Assembly (NCBI RefSeq): GCF_006345805.1
Contig: NC_043006.1
Location: 26,846,001-26,910,000 of the forward strand
DNA from: Octopus sinensis
Lineage: Eukaryota
Reading direction: 5' to 3'
DNA length: 64,000 nt
Shown: positions 50,027 to 61,803 of the stretch, in pieces
Numbering within the stretch: the first letter of the stretch is position 1
Layout of the letters: each line of letters begins with the position of its first letter
Program-made: the position numbers and the translations under genes
The notes under the pieces: generated by a model
What the model was told of the DNA's origin: nothing
Database searches by the model: none
Seen by the model: only the letters and a program-made list of their open reading frames with translations

Positions 50027-50204
50027 AGCTAAGCTGATTGTGCCACAAGCATCTTTGAGTGCAGTGCAAGAACTTCAACAGGACCAAGTTGTGCAACGTT
50101 TTAAGGAAATGTATTACACAGACAGAATGGATGCCATGAACATATTGAAACTTTATTGTGATGATCAAATTAAAGTAGAAAAAATAATCTTTACTGTTTT
50201 TCAG
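50027..50204 (+). CDS. SPATA18: SPATA18/MIEAP exon 4
   Basis: atttgatag|...CAG|gtgaga. ...VVQRFKEMYYTDRMDAMNILKLYCDDQIKVEKIIFTVFQ vs human [39 protein letters not shown]. Confidence 0.9.
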
Positions 50205-51999
50205 GTGAGATCTCTTGAATGATGAATAAGTAAGTATTTATACACTGTTCGACAGTAAAAGGTAATTATAGTGACAGGTTCAGTCAATGAAGAAACTAAG
50301 ATTCAGGTTGATGATCTTTAAGCCTCATCCTTATTCCCTTCTATTTCCTTGTTTTAGATGTTCTGAAATGCTAATTCAAGATTTAGTACTCATAATACAT
50401 TATTGAAAGTACTCTGAAATTTTGAAGCAAATGTGAGCATTGGGATGAACATTGTCAAAATTTATTATTAGTTTATTATAGAGACATCCAAAACTCAAAT
50501 GTCATGCTCAGTAAGCGAATCAGGAATGTAGTAACTTGACATGTAAACCAATGTAGTTGAGGTGTATATCTCTTTCAAAGGAACTTCAGATAGGTTGATA
50601 GGAAAACATGATAATATGCAATACATATTGATAATCACTTTTCTGAAGTAACTGTTTTTTAGCATTGGGAAACAGAATGAAAGCATTGTATCTGCATTAC
50701 AAAGCATGTTTGTGAACTTTAGAGATTCTGGTCTTTGTTACAAATAAAAACTTCTAGCCACAAGTCAGCCCTGATCTTACTGTCAGCTGTAACCTTCCCT
50801 CTTTTATTCAAGTATTATGTACACTTAACTATATCATTATATTGTTCAATATATCTCTTTTAAGACAGTTGGGTGTTGGTGAAGGCGATTTGTCTTCTAT
50901 TTCTTACAAGTTGGATGACCACAAAGTTGTTCCTTCGAAATCTTCTGAGAAGTATGTTGTGCATAGCATTGAAAATGAATTGCAATCAGGAAAACTGCAT
51001 TGTGATTGATCTACTGTACTGAATTTAGAATCTGCTCATAAGTTGAGAAAACAAATATGGATTAGAGACGTTAATTAGTGTATGTGATTTGATAATTGTG
51101 CTGGTATATAATGACAAAGGATAATGTGTGTAAAATGAAATGGTTGCATGCAGTCTTACAATTTTGAACTGAAATTATCTTTGTCTTCCATTTTTCTGTT
51201 AATTCAATCAACTATATTTCATTTTTAAAATGATAGCACTTGGTGCCATTTCTTTTGGTATTAAATTCTGATACTTATTTCATTGACCCCAAAAGGATGA
51301 AAGGCATAGTTGACCTTCGTGGAATTTGAACTCAGAATATAAAGATGGAGGAAATGCTGCTAAGCATTTTGCCTGGTGTACTAAGAATTCAGCCAACTCA
51401 CTACCTTAATAATAATCATAATAACTCCTAGCAGTACAATGAAAACAGTACAATGAAATTATATATTTTTTGAAATATTTGATTTTTGAGATGTGAACAT
51501 CCACATAGGCAGTACTGAAGAAGCAATTTATTTATTTACCTACCTACCTGCTTGCCTACCTACCTGTCTGCCTACCTACCTACCAATCAATCAATCAATC
51601 AATCTATCTATCTATCCATTTAAAAAGTGTCCATGCAACAATCAAAGGTTCATACAAAATGCAAAGTTCTGTTTATGATTATAAACAAAGTTCTTGTTTA
51701 TAATTTTAATGATTAGATTCAAATAGTATTTCTCTCTTATCTTAGGGCATTTGTTTTTGCTTTTCAGGCATGCTTAGTAAATTACTTGATTCAAGGTAAC
51801 TTTTCTCATAGTACCAATTTGTCTGTGGACCTGGCATTAATTGTACCCATTAGTGCCATTATATTCTTTTAAATTGCTTTATAATAATAGGAACTATATA
51901 CTTTAATGACTATGTAATGCTTATGAAGCTTACTTAGGACACTGCTGATAACTAGGGAGTTTCATTATTTGATATTATTTCAGCATGTGACTTGGCCTT

Positions 52000-52876
52000 G
52001 TAGAACAACCGTGCAAAAGTAGATGGTGACGAATGAATGACTCCTTTAAACACCGCACGGTCACCTGACAATAAAAGCCAAAATATGGATAAACGAATAA
52101 GTGCCAAAAGTAATAAGAGAGAGACAACACAACTGTAAATGTTAAGAGAAAGGTTTTATTTAGATCTTAACATGTGGGTAGCAGAGTGTGTCTGTGTGTT
52201 CGACATAAGTACATACGTAATAATAATAATATAGACAGGCCATCAAAGGATACAATAATGTGTAAGTGTGTACAAACAAGGTGTATGTGTGTGAGATAAA
52301 ATACAGAGCAATAGAAATGAGTCTATCAGGATGCTAGAAGTAGATCAGATACAAGATGAAGGTAAATACTAGTTCGTAGTAATGAATGCAATAGCAGAGG
52401 TACTGTAACAATAAAGTTGAGGTCACAAGGCAGAGGCTGGTTGAACACATGTCATGTAGCAGTTGTGGCTTCAATGCTGTGCCAGGTTACGTGGTACAGA
52501 AGGTTCTCACAGGTTGAGCTAGCTGTTAACTTTGGTGAGTATTCACAAACAGCGTGAAGTTAAGTCTGGGCGATGTTGCTGTGTGCATATTGATGTGGTA
52601 GTGGAGATGACATTAAGATTGAAAGGTGACGGTGGTGTAGGTCCTGAAATGCTGTTGGTGTTGGTGTTGCAGCCACTGGAACTGGCTGAGTCACTGGAAC
52701 ATGGCTGTGTCACTGGATGCTCTGTAGTCAGAGGTTAGTCCTTAGAAAGACTAGAACCAAAGACGAATTATGGTTTGTTGATCTAGCTTTTAAAGAGATT
52801 AGTGGGCTCCAGAAGAGAACCTAGAAGACTGTGTCACGGGACCTTATCAGAAGGCTGCGATTGGTTGGTTTACACA
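52000..52876 (-). mobile_element. LTR-like dispersed repeat (possible solo LTR)
   Basis: TG...CA ends, AATAAA on minus near 52165, homologous to 29065-29460; no clean TSD seen. Confidence 0.45.
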
Positions 52877-52889
52877 TTGGCGCGAAATA

Positions 52890-53240
52890 AAGCAAGAGTT
52901 AAACTGCACCAAAACCAACTAATCAGAGTAGTCGACACAACTGGATGGTGTGGAAGTTCTGCCACATCCAACCTATAGTTCAGATGTTGCTCCATCTGAC
53001 TATGGTCTCTTCCAATCAATGTAGCACTTTATGAAAGGTCACCGATTTGAGTCATTTGAGGATGTTGAAGAAGCCTGTCAAAAATTTTCTGATTCAAAAC
53101 TGTAGGATTGATACTTTGACCAAATCCAAAAGCTTGCAGATCATTGGCAGAAGGTTGTGGGAAATGATGGTCTTTATTTTGAAGAATAGTTGTTGTTGAT
53201 TTTGAACAAATTCTTGCATAAAAAATCATTATTTTAACAT
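52890..53240 (+). mobile_element. mariner transposase C-terminal fossil
   Basis: EVLPHPTYSSDVAPSDYGLFQSM...RFESFEDVEEAC...WQKVVGNDGLYFEE*. Confidence 0.85.
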
Positions 53241-53274
53241 GGCACACAAACTTTTTCCTCAACCGAGTATCATT

Positions 53275-53400
53275 ATAACTACTGACTTCACCTCCCTTTT
53301 CTTTGTCCCTCTGTATTAGCACTGTCTTTCCTTTTGTCATCCATGTTGGTATTCTATTTTCCATATAGTGCATAGTTGTGCATACTTTTCAGATTTTCAA
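53275..53400 (-). mobile_element. R4/Dong-like (RLE) LINE RT N-terminal fragment
   Basis: IPTWMTKGKTVLIQRDKEKGGEVSSY, cf. PxWxTxGRTVLIxKDKxKG...NYRPI. Confidence 0.55.
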
Positions 53401-54190
53401 GCCCAAATCCTTGAACACCATCTTGTCCATGGGCTTTGTTACAAGATTGTAAACTTTGATTGTAATCTAGAATGTAGGTACATGTAAACAGGTACATCAT
53501 TCCAAATATCTAAGGTAAACTTTTGTTAAGTTAACTTTTCAGAGCTTAGTGTTTTCTGATTGAAAAAGAAATCCTTTTTGTGAGGTAGTCTAGGCTATGT
53601 AGTTGGTGTATGTTGGATATAGTCCTGTTGATATGTGTAGAGTCTGTTGATTGACTGTGTTGTCATGTATATTACAGAATGGTTATAATGTCTCTGTTCC
53701 TGTAGAACGATCTTGCTTGGTAGGAGGAGTTGTAATTGCATATGAATGTGGTTTGTACATCAAAAGCAAGGGAATTAAGAATAATGTTGTCATCTGTGTT
53801 TTGAGGTGACAAAGAGCAAATCTTCTTCCAGATATGTATAGTATTCAATGCTAAGAGTTTACAATTCAAAGCAAAACTTGTCAAAGATATTTGACATTTT
53901 AGCTCATTTTAGTTACACTAGAAGAGAGAAACTAGTAAATTACTTTGTTTATATAAATATACAGTAATTTTACTTGTTCTCTAATGAGTGATTTTATTTT
54001 TATTCATTAACTGTTAATAATTGTAAGCACCTTTTTGAGGTATAAAAAGGATGCTTTTTTTTTATTAAATTACTTTTTGATTTTTAATTCAATTTTTCTA
54101 GACTTGTAATTTATTCTAACTTTAGTAATTGTTATATACCCTGGGAAATGTTTTGTTATGACCATCATAATATATTTTCAACTTTCTTAG

Positions 54191-54349
54191 AAAGCCTGTT
54201 CAGCAGGACGATTTAGCCTTCATCAATATAAAACCAAACTTCGAGATTTTTTTGATGGTAAATATGACAGCCCTCAGTCAAAGGAGCAATTGATTCAAGA
54301 GTTTATCTTCAGACTTGCTGGCCCTTATGATTTGAGAGCTATTGTAACT
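54191..54349 (+). CDS. SPATA18: SPATA18/MIEAP exon 5
   Basis: tttcttag|...ACT|gtaagt. KACSAGRFSLHQYKTKLRDFFDGKYDSPQSKEQLIQEFIFRLAGPYDLRAIVT; symmetric phase 0, positionally equivalent to human EAFHVAKMAFRHFK...YDSQSSVN. Confidence 0.88.
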
Positions 54350-54799
54350 GTAAGTTAAATAAATAAGACTATATTTTAGCTTTTTTAAATGAATCAATCT
54401 GATTTTCACTAACAATTTTTTTTTTCTTTTATAATTGTCTAACATTATATTGATATAATGCTAAACTTGTAAAATTTTTGTGCATGATTGCTACTTCATC
54501 TTTTTATTTTCCTATTTCTATGACCTAAAAAAAAAATTATCCCATTACTATATCTGCCTGGCTTAAATGTTATCTAAACTAGTCAATTAAACTTCATAAA
54601 ATAATTTGATCAATCCTTTTTCTTCTATGAAATAGTCTCTTTTCCTGTCTTGGTTTTATTACTTCCTTCACAGTTACAAATCACATTATACTTCTTTTTA
54701 ATTCACAATTTTATACCTTCTATCTTCAATCCATTTCTGTTTTTGACATTACACCCTCTGCTGTAATTTCTCTGTAAAAATTAAATCTGAGCTTATCAA

Positions 54800-55420
54800 C
54801 TCTCCACTACTACTCTCACCCTCTCTAAGGAGAGCTGACATTAATGGTAAATATGACTTCTAATTACACTGGAAGTTTTCCTTTCCTAATTTTTCCATGT
54901 TCACTTACTATCTTCACAACTATCCTAACATTAGCAGATGTCACCAAATTCTCACTCTGCATTGAGGACATCATCTCACTTCTTTCCCTAAAGTTGTTCT
55001 TGTTTAGAATCAAGTTAGTTCTTATCAAATTGACCTATGATCTAGTAATGCCTATTCCATATTATTTTCTGTCATTGTATTTTCTAGATTACATTATTGA
55101 ATGTCTTTCTGTAGGCTGGAATTTGAGAGAGGCTGCTAAATTTAACATGTTGAGCAATCATGAAGATGGTTTGTCTTCATCACATATAAGCTTTCTTTAA
55201 TCAAGGTACCCTTTTTTGCTTATCTCTCCCTGAAGTTGTCGTTCTTGGTGACTTCAACTTCATAGTTCTCTCAAAGCAAAACTGCTGGTACAGAAGCTAA
55301 AATGTCAGCCTTTCTGTCCAAGGCTGATCTCATACTCACGTTTCTGATCAATCAGCTAACTCTCCAAATATTCTCGGTCTTTTCTTCCTCCAGAATTCAC
55401 TCATGACTCTGTTATTACAG
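54800..55420 (+). mobile_element. Degenerate LINE APE-endonuclease fragment
   Basis: EVVVLGDFN motif near 55230-55260; rest heavily decayed. Confidence 0.45.
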
Positions 55421-55680
55421 TTTCTGTAACTATATGATCATGCACAACTAATATTGCACCAATGAGATGTGCAGTATTAATGTGCTTCTATCTAGAGCTG
55501 ATAAATAGCTGAGTGATTCTTCTTACAACCAAAACCCATAACCAATCAATATAGGAAATAGATCTAATGAAATTTCTTTTATAATAAATTGTTCTTTTTT
55601 GTATTATTTTCATATTTTCCTCTTTATGAATTAAGCATTCTACAAGTACTTTACGTCTTCCATCCATCTACTTGAATTAA

Positions 55681-56759
55681 CCCTTTCGTTACTATATTTC
55701 TGACCAAAATGCACACCTTATGTGTTTCAATTAATTTCTAACGTAATCATAAATTTAGTCTGGTTTCATTAAACAACTATAACTTTTTTATTTATCAATA
55801 TATTAATCTGATTTTTGGAAGATAATTTAATGAAATGTTCTCAACCAATTCTATACTATAATTTTTGTCACAAAGTGACTCTAATTGCAGGTAGATACAG
55901 GTAAATTCAACAAAATATAAAATTATTAAAAGTTTTGTTCAAACATCGCTATAGAAAATAGGTTATTAGCTAATATTCAATTGGGTATACAACAAAATTT
56001 TACTATAGAATTTGTTATTCTGGGTAACTTTCTGATACCCATAATAATATTTATGGCAAAATAAGCCTTAATTTCATTTAAGGTTGTGGGAAACCACAAA
56101 GTATCCTTTCTTTCGCTTTGTTTACATTTAGTGTAACGGTTCGTTTCCGCTGTAATGATTTCAAATAGGCTCATTCGAAAAAGTAAAAAGAAATAGTCTA
56201 AGGCTTTACTCTCCTGGGAAAGATTGTGGCTTGGTCCAGTTTCTTCAGAAAAATCACTGAAAGAAACAGTTTCTAAATTTTCACTCCATTCAGGTGCCAA
56301 TTCATTTTCTTTATTGCTGTCGGAGCTCTCGGATTCACTGTTTCATTTTCGGAAAATGAAACATCGGATTCATTATCAAATACCACGTGCTTTTTTTTTT
56401 CAGTCATAGAGTTAGATTTATGAAGGTCTTCAGTAGAAAAGCCTTCGAATTCTGACTCGCTGCTTGATATAATGAAATTCGTATCCATTTTTTGTCAGAA
56501 TTACAAATTTTGAAAACACAATAGGAACAAATTTCGGAAAAAAATCTCCCAAAATTCACAGAATTAAAATTACACTTTGATCATTGTACAAAACTGTAGA
56601 TGAACTGTTTACGAAGTATAATCATGTGTTTTCACGAATATACTAAAGAGATTTGCTCTGATATTCTCATTTAAATATGACTAGGTAAATACGGGCGGAT
56701 TTGGGCGGTTTGGTCACATAAACCTAAATTTTTGGGGGGCGGCTTTGGGTGGTAAAGGG
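55681..56759 (-). mobile_element. piggyBac internal-deletion derivative retaining the transposase N-terminus
   Basis: TTAA|CCCTTT...AAAGGG|CTAA; acidic N-terminus, one frameshift, then ALDYFFLLF...IITAETNRY...WFPTTLNEIKAYFAINIIMGIRKLP (PGBD motif). Confidence 0.85.
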
Positions 56760-56855
56760 CTAATGTGTGACAGTCAATTGCATTAATACTTACTACAGTC
56801 ACTGACTATCTATGATGATTTTTCATTCCATTAAACTTACCAAATTATTTTTTAG

Positions 56856-57028
56856 GATGTTATTGAAGATGTGGATTCATCCTTAAACTACTTACTTCCA
56901 AGTGACTGCAGTATTTCAGTAATTCAGTCATTTATCCGTGAAGCATGTAAACTAGGTTGGAATATGGCTTGCCTGGTTATTCCCATTGACATTGACCTTG
57001 GAATTGAAACAGTTTTTGATCCAGTGAA
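56856..57028 (+). CDS. SPATA18: SPATA18/MIEAP exon 6
   Basis: tttttag|...TGAA|gtatgt. DVIEDV...QSFIREACKLGWNMACLVIPIDIDLGIETVFDPV(K) vs human [22 protein letters not shown]. Confidence 0.92.
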
Positions 57029-58386
57029 GTATGTTTCTTCATAACCAGTAAAATTTTCACTTGTTTGGAAAAGATATTCTATTTATTAAGATAACTACAA
57101 TTAAGAATGTGATTAATGATTAATTATCCATAAAGATCCATAGTAGAGATTGTGTCTATCTAATTAACACTATATAATTGATAGTTATTTGATCAAAATA
57201 GTCCAACAACTCTAAAAGTACAGAGATGCTTTGAGAAATATTAAGAGATTTAGAAATATAAACTCAGTCCAATATCATACTATTATTGTATTGTAGCTGA
57301 TAAAAGTGGTATAAAAATAGTAATTATTAAGAATAACAGAAGAAAATTCCTGATATACAGGAAATAAAATACACGACTTGGATAAAAAAAAAAAATTTAC
57401 TCTATTGTAGTAATAAGCAAGTATGTAAAATGGTTGTAGCCCAGATATTGCAGTTGCAGATTGTATTTCAAAATACAAATTAAGCCTACAATTTAACAAA
57501 AAAATAATAACAATAAGGTAAAACAGAGATTAAGAAAATATTAAATTGAAAACCCCAGACTAGAGAAAGTTTAAGGTTTTGGGCATAAAAATTTAGAGTA
57601 GAACTGACATTTGACCAAATAGCTTGTTCAATGCTTGACAAATAACAAATAGGAGTTAGTGAGATTGATGCAGTTGACATACATCATGAAAATTTGTAGG
57701 TTTGTGTCTGTATGAAAATCATAGCTTGGGTTAGTGTTCCAAATGGTTGCATCTCTGGAAAGGAATGACTGTAACAAGTGTTAAGAGTAAAATTTCAGTG
57801 GTGGAAAGAGTGTATTGTGTGGGCCAGAGAAAAGAGGTTTTGTTCCCAGCTAGTTCAGAAAAGCAGAATTCATTGTAATAATTGCAGAGCAGGTGGAAAG
57901 AGGAAACATTGCATCTGTGAGATAGTGGTTGATGTATGTGTGAGAGTAAGTGAACTTGTGAACTGGCTTTCTTTTGTATACCAAATAAGATATTTATGTG
58001 TGTAGTAGCAACATCACCCACACACTTCAACTTCTAACCCACTCTTTCTGCCAGGATTGCCAGATCATTTTCATAAAAGTAGCATAAAATTTTCAAAAAG
58101 TTGCAGATTGTATTAGAAAATAGCCCAAAAAGAAAATTTTGCAGTTAACCAGATGGTAGTGTCCTAAAAAAAGTAATAGCATGTAGTTCTGCTACATGAA
58201 GCTCATTCTAACAAGCCTGCTTTCTGCCTTTTCTATCTCTACTACATTAACTAATATTGTGTAGTAGAACTGGTTGATTTTGTATAACCTCCACAATAAA
58301 TGATTAGAAATTTTTTTTTTTCTAATTTTAATGTTACTTGAAAATGTTCTTCATAATTTATAGAATCTATTATATTTACTATTCAG

Positions 58387-58531
58387 ATATCGCCGTAGTG
58401 TCAATTCAGATTACAGAAGTCGCATAATCAGTCACTATATATGGCCATGTCTTTTCCTTGGTTCTTCTTTGGCCAGTAACCGGAAAGTTATTTACCAAGG
58501 TGAAGCTGAAACTCGTAGTACAGTTGATCAG
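58387..58531 (+). CDS. SPATA18: SPATA18/MIEAP exon 7 (last identifiable)
   Basis: ctattcag|...CAG|gtaaga. YRRSVNSDYRSRIISHYIWPCLF...VIYQGEAETR vs human [23 protein letters not shown]...VIMKGEAVTRR. Confidence 0.94.
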
Positions 58532-60251
58532 GTAAGACTTAGTTGTGAACATAAATAATTATACTGTTTATGTAATGAAAAGAAATTTCTTGTAAACATT
58601 TTTCTTCTGACACTCTTCACTATTTTTTAAACTAAAAGCTTCATAACTAAATGCACCTCCCAGCCTAGTACAATGAAGATAGTTTCATTTTCCACTCAGA
58701 CACCTGTTTTGCCTACTACTATGACGATGGCTTCTCAACTAGCCATCACCTTCAGACTGCTGTTATAAGCATCCCACACTCGTATCAGAGGCAATCCTGT
58801 GCCCCACTGTGCCTGACCATACTATTATCTGGTAAACTGCAAAAGTCATGGAAATGCAGCCATAGTGATGCAACTTGTCTAGGTTGTTGGGTAATCCAAA
58901 CAAACCCAGTAGTTTATTAAAGGGTTCTTCTTTAACTACATGGAGGAGATGTGGATCCTGCATTTATAGTGAATGTAACTCAACTAGAGAGCAGTAAATG
59001 AATGAAAACTGATACACTGTAGAAAGGAGACTAGTCTTGACAGGCACCCACTCTACTGCTGGTGGTATGGTAAAACTATGCTACCAAATGTTTGTCTATC
59101 TGTCAGGACTCTCATGAGTTTTGCTGCTAACATGGAATCTAGTACAACCAGTTGCATATTTGGGTCACTGGCGATTAAATTGGCACCCCCACCAAGCTAG
59201 CTTGGTGAGGAGTATTGCTAGAAAATCTACCAGGACTAAAAACAAGACCTGTAAAAAAATGATAGATGAACCCAGAGTAGGTTTGACAACTATCTAGCAA
59301 TACCATAGGTACTCATAAATTCCAGGTTAGTGTCTGGTATGCTGGAAGACCACTGAGAGTGAGGTACCTCTCAGCTTTTGCTAAAGAGTATCTCTGGGAG
59401 AAGGTCACTGATGTAAAATCAGATGTACAGGAATGGTAGGAATCTTTTGCACTTAAGATCAGAGTGTTCTCACATTCTCGAACCTGTGATCCATATTAGC
59501 ACTAGATGTCTTGCCTTGGTTTGTCACTGTATCATGTCAATATGGTGGAGGAGTGTATGAGGTGTGCAAACCTTATGGAGCCTAAAATTTTGCTCAGCCA
59601 TTGCTTTGTCAGTGATGGTCATACTCATCGATGCCATCATGTATGTGTGTATGATTAGAATGAAGTGAGTTTAAGAAATGGTCTTTCTTGGTCAAGAGTT
59701 AACATTCACTGTGTACATATGTGGGCATGTATGTGACTCCATCTTTGTTTACATTTGTGTTCCACAAAAGTTACTGGCTATCTGTGATTTTGTTGCCATC
59801 ACTTCTGTCAACAATCATCTGCTCGCTTCACAGCTTTTCAAGACATGTGAAATAAAAGATCTCTCTATTGAAACATGGGTATGGGTTTGTGACAGGAAAG
59901 ACATCCAACTGTAAAACAGTACATCAATAGTATATTTGTTTAGCTATGACTGCATGGAACAAAGACATAAAAATGAATGTGTGTGTGTTACTGTCTCCTT
60001 GCCTTGACATCCATGTGATAGTTGTGAATAGGTGTCACAGTGTCCTTTGTTTCCAGTCTTCTGTGAAAACGTGTCTGGTCATGGGGAATATTACCTTACT
60101 TGAAAACAGGTGAGGGTTGATGACAAGAAGGGCATCTAACTGTTGAAAATCTGCCTCAGCAAATTCTGTCCAACCCACAGAAGCATGAACAAGTGGATGT
60201 TAAATAATGATGATGATGATGATGATGATTATATATATATATATATATATA

Positions 60252-60480
60252 TTACGGAGATGTACTCGCATAGCAAGTAATTTGATCTGAGATCGTGTGC
60301 TGAAACGAAAACAATTGCAGCGTGGAAGGTGTTTATAAGCCATTTAAGAAACACACAAAAGCCGTTCGATTCACTTCAACATTTAAGTTTAATTTGTCAA
60401 AATATTTTCGTCGCTAAAATCCGCAACCTGTTCACTGACAAAGTCCGTGCTGCATCTAAGAAAGTAACAGTTAGTTCGTC
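60252..60480 (-). mobile_element. Penelope-like pLTR-type fragment in (TA)n (inverted second copy at 61203-61373)
   Basis: Carries a minimal hammerhead fold, TA-microsatellite flanks, inverted duplication and nearby Penelope EN fossils. Confidence 0.6.
60393..60442 (-). ncRNA. Putative variant minimal type I hammerhead ribozyme (left arm)
   Basis: UUUGUCA-GUGAACA-G-GUUGC[GGAUUUUA]GCGAC-GAA-AAUAUU-U-UGACAAA. Confidence 0.6.
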
Positions 60481-61240
60481 ATATATATGTACGTATGTAT
60501 GTGTGTATGTATGCATACATGTGTGTATGTATGTACGTATGCATGTACGCACATACGCCTGTGTATGCATGTATGTATGTATGTATGTATGTATGTATGT
60601 ATATATGTATGTGTGTGTATATGCACGCACATACACTCTATAAAACATAAAGCTATAAACCTGTAGCAATGGATGGATGTAGAGTGACCACTCATCACAA
60701 AGCTATCAAATTTCAACTTCCTACGGCCCCCGAAGCTAGAAAGTGATTTATGACGCTTACTCCCAAAACTATACCCTAAAATCTATTATCAGATTTTTAT
60801 CTCTATATCACAGAACTATTGTTTTACTATTGTGCGTATGTATGTATGTATGTGCGTATGTAGTAAAACAATAGTTCTGTGATATAGAGATAAAAATCTG
60901 ATAATAGATTTTAGGGTATAGTTTTGGGAGTAAGCGTCATAAATCACTTTCTAGCTTCGGCCGTAGGAAGTTGAAATTTGATAGCTTTGTGATGAGTGGT
61001 CACTCTACATTCATCCATCGCTACAGGTTTATAGCTTTATGTTTTATAGAGTGTATGTGCGTGCATATACACACACATACATATATACATACATACATAC
61101 ATACATACATACATGCATACACAGGCGTATGTGTGTACATGCATACGTACATACATACACACATGTATGCATACATACACACATACATACGTACATATAT
61201 ATGACGAACTAACTGTTACTTTCTTAGATGCAGCACGGAC

Positions 61241-61290
61241 TTTGTCAGTGAACAGGTCGTGGATTTTAGCGACGAAAATATTTTGACAAA
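61241..61290 (+). ncRNA. Putative variant minimal type I hammerhead ribozyme (right arm)
   Basis: UUUGUCA-GUGAACA-G-GUCGU[GGAUUUUA]GCGAC-GAA-AAUAUU-U-UGACAAA: 7-bp stem I, 5-bp stem II, palindromic stem III. Confidence 0.6.
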
Positions 61291-61399
61291 TTCAACTTAA
61301 ATGTTGAAGTGAATCGAACGGCTTTTGTGTGTTTCTTAAATGGCTTATAAACACCTTCCACGCTGCAATTGTTATATATATATATATATATATATATAA

Positions 61400-61785
61400 T
61401 TGAATAAGATAGGAGGAGTACAGTTGGACAATTATTTTTTAATCACTACAAATGTTTCCATACAGCATAGTTCTTCATATATACAGGAATTTAATTATGC
61501 AATGGTTTACCTGTATAATGGGATTGAGTTGTATTTCTTCTGGTGATATTCAATTGCTGTCCCTGTTAGTTACAAAACCTTCGACTTTGATTCTAACATA
61601 TCCATCTGCCTTGTTTGGATTTAGTAGATGCTGGTAGTTTGATTCTGCTTGCTGTTAACGTGCTTTTGCACGCCTGCTCTGATTGGTATTGGATGTATTG
61701 CCTGTTTATTTTGTTCTGCATGTTAGGCTGCACATATGAAATTTTATTGTCCGACCTTCAGTATTCGGTGGTTCAGAGACACCCA
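61400..61785 (-). mobile_element. Highly degenerate Penelope linker/EN fragment
   Basis: KISY...PNMQNKIN and C.LCIYEELC-like remnants, cf. PLE KISYSCMPN and CxLCxxEK. Confidence 0.4.
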
Positions 61786-61803
61786 CACCCTCTCCCATAT
61801 ACA

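Larger units (their letters stand above)
60310..61373. repeat. Near-perfect palindrome: arms 60310-60829 and 60861-61373, 31-nt loop
   Basis: Arms read as reverse complements with a handful of substitutions and small indels. Confidence 0.97.

Noticed and set aside
51768-51795. Possible SPATA18 cassette exon (ttttcag|...AAG|gtaac)
   Set aside because: 28 nt (50 nt from the upstream AG) would shift the frame; exons 50204 and 54191 already join in phase.
58640-59460. Possible L1/Tx1-type LINE C-terminal fossil
   Set aside because: Only vague peptide resemblance; no diagnostic motif that I can defend.
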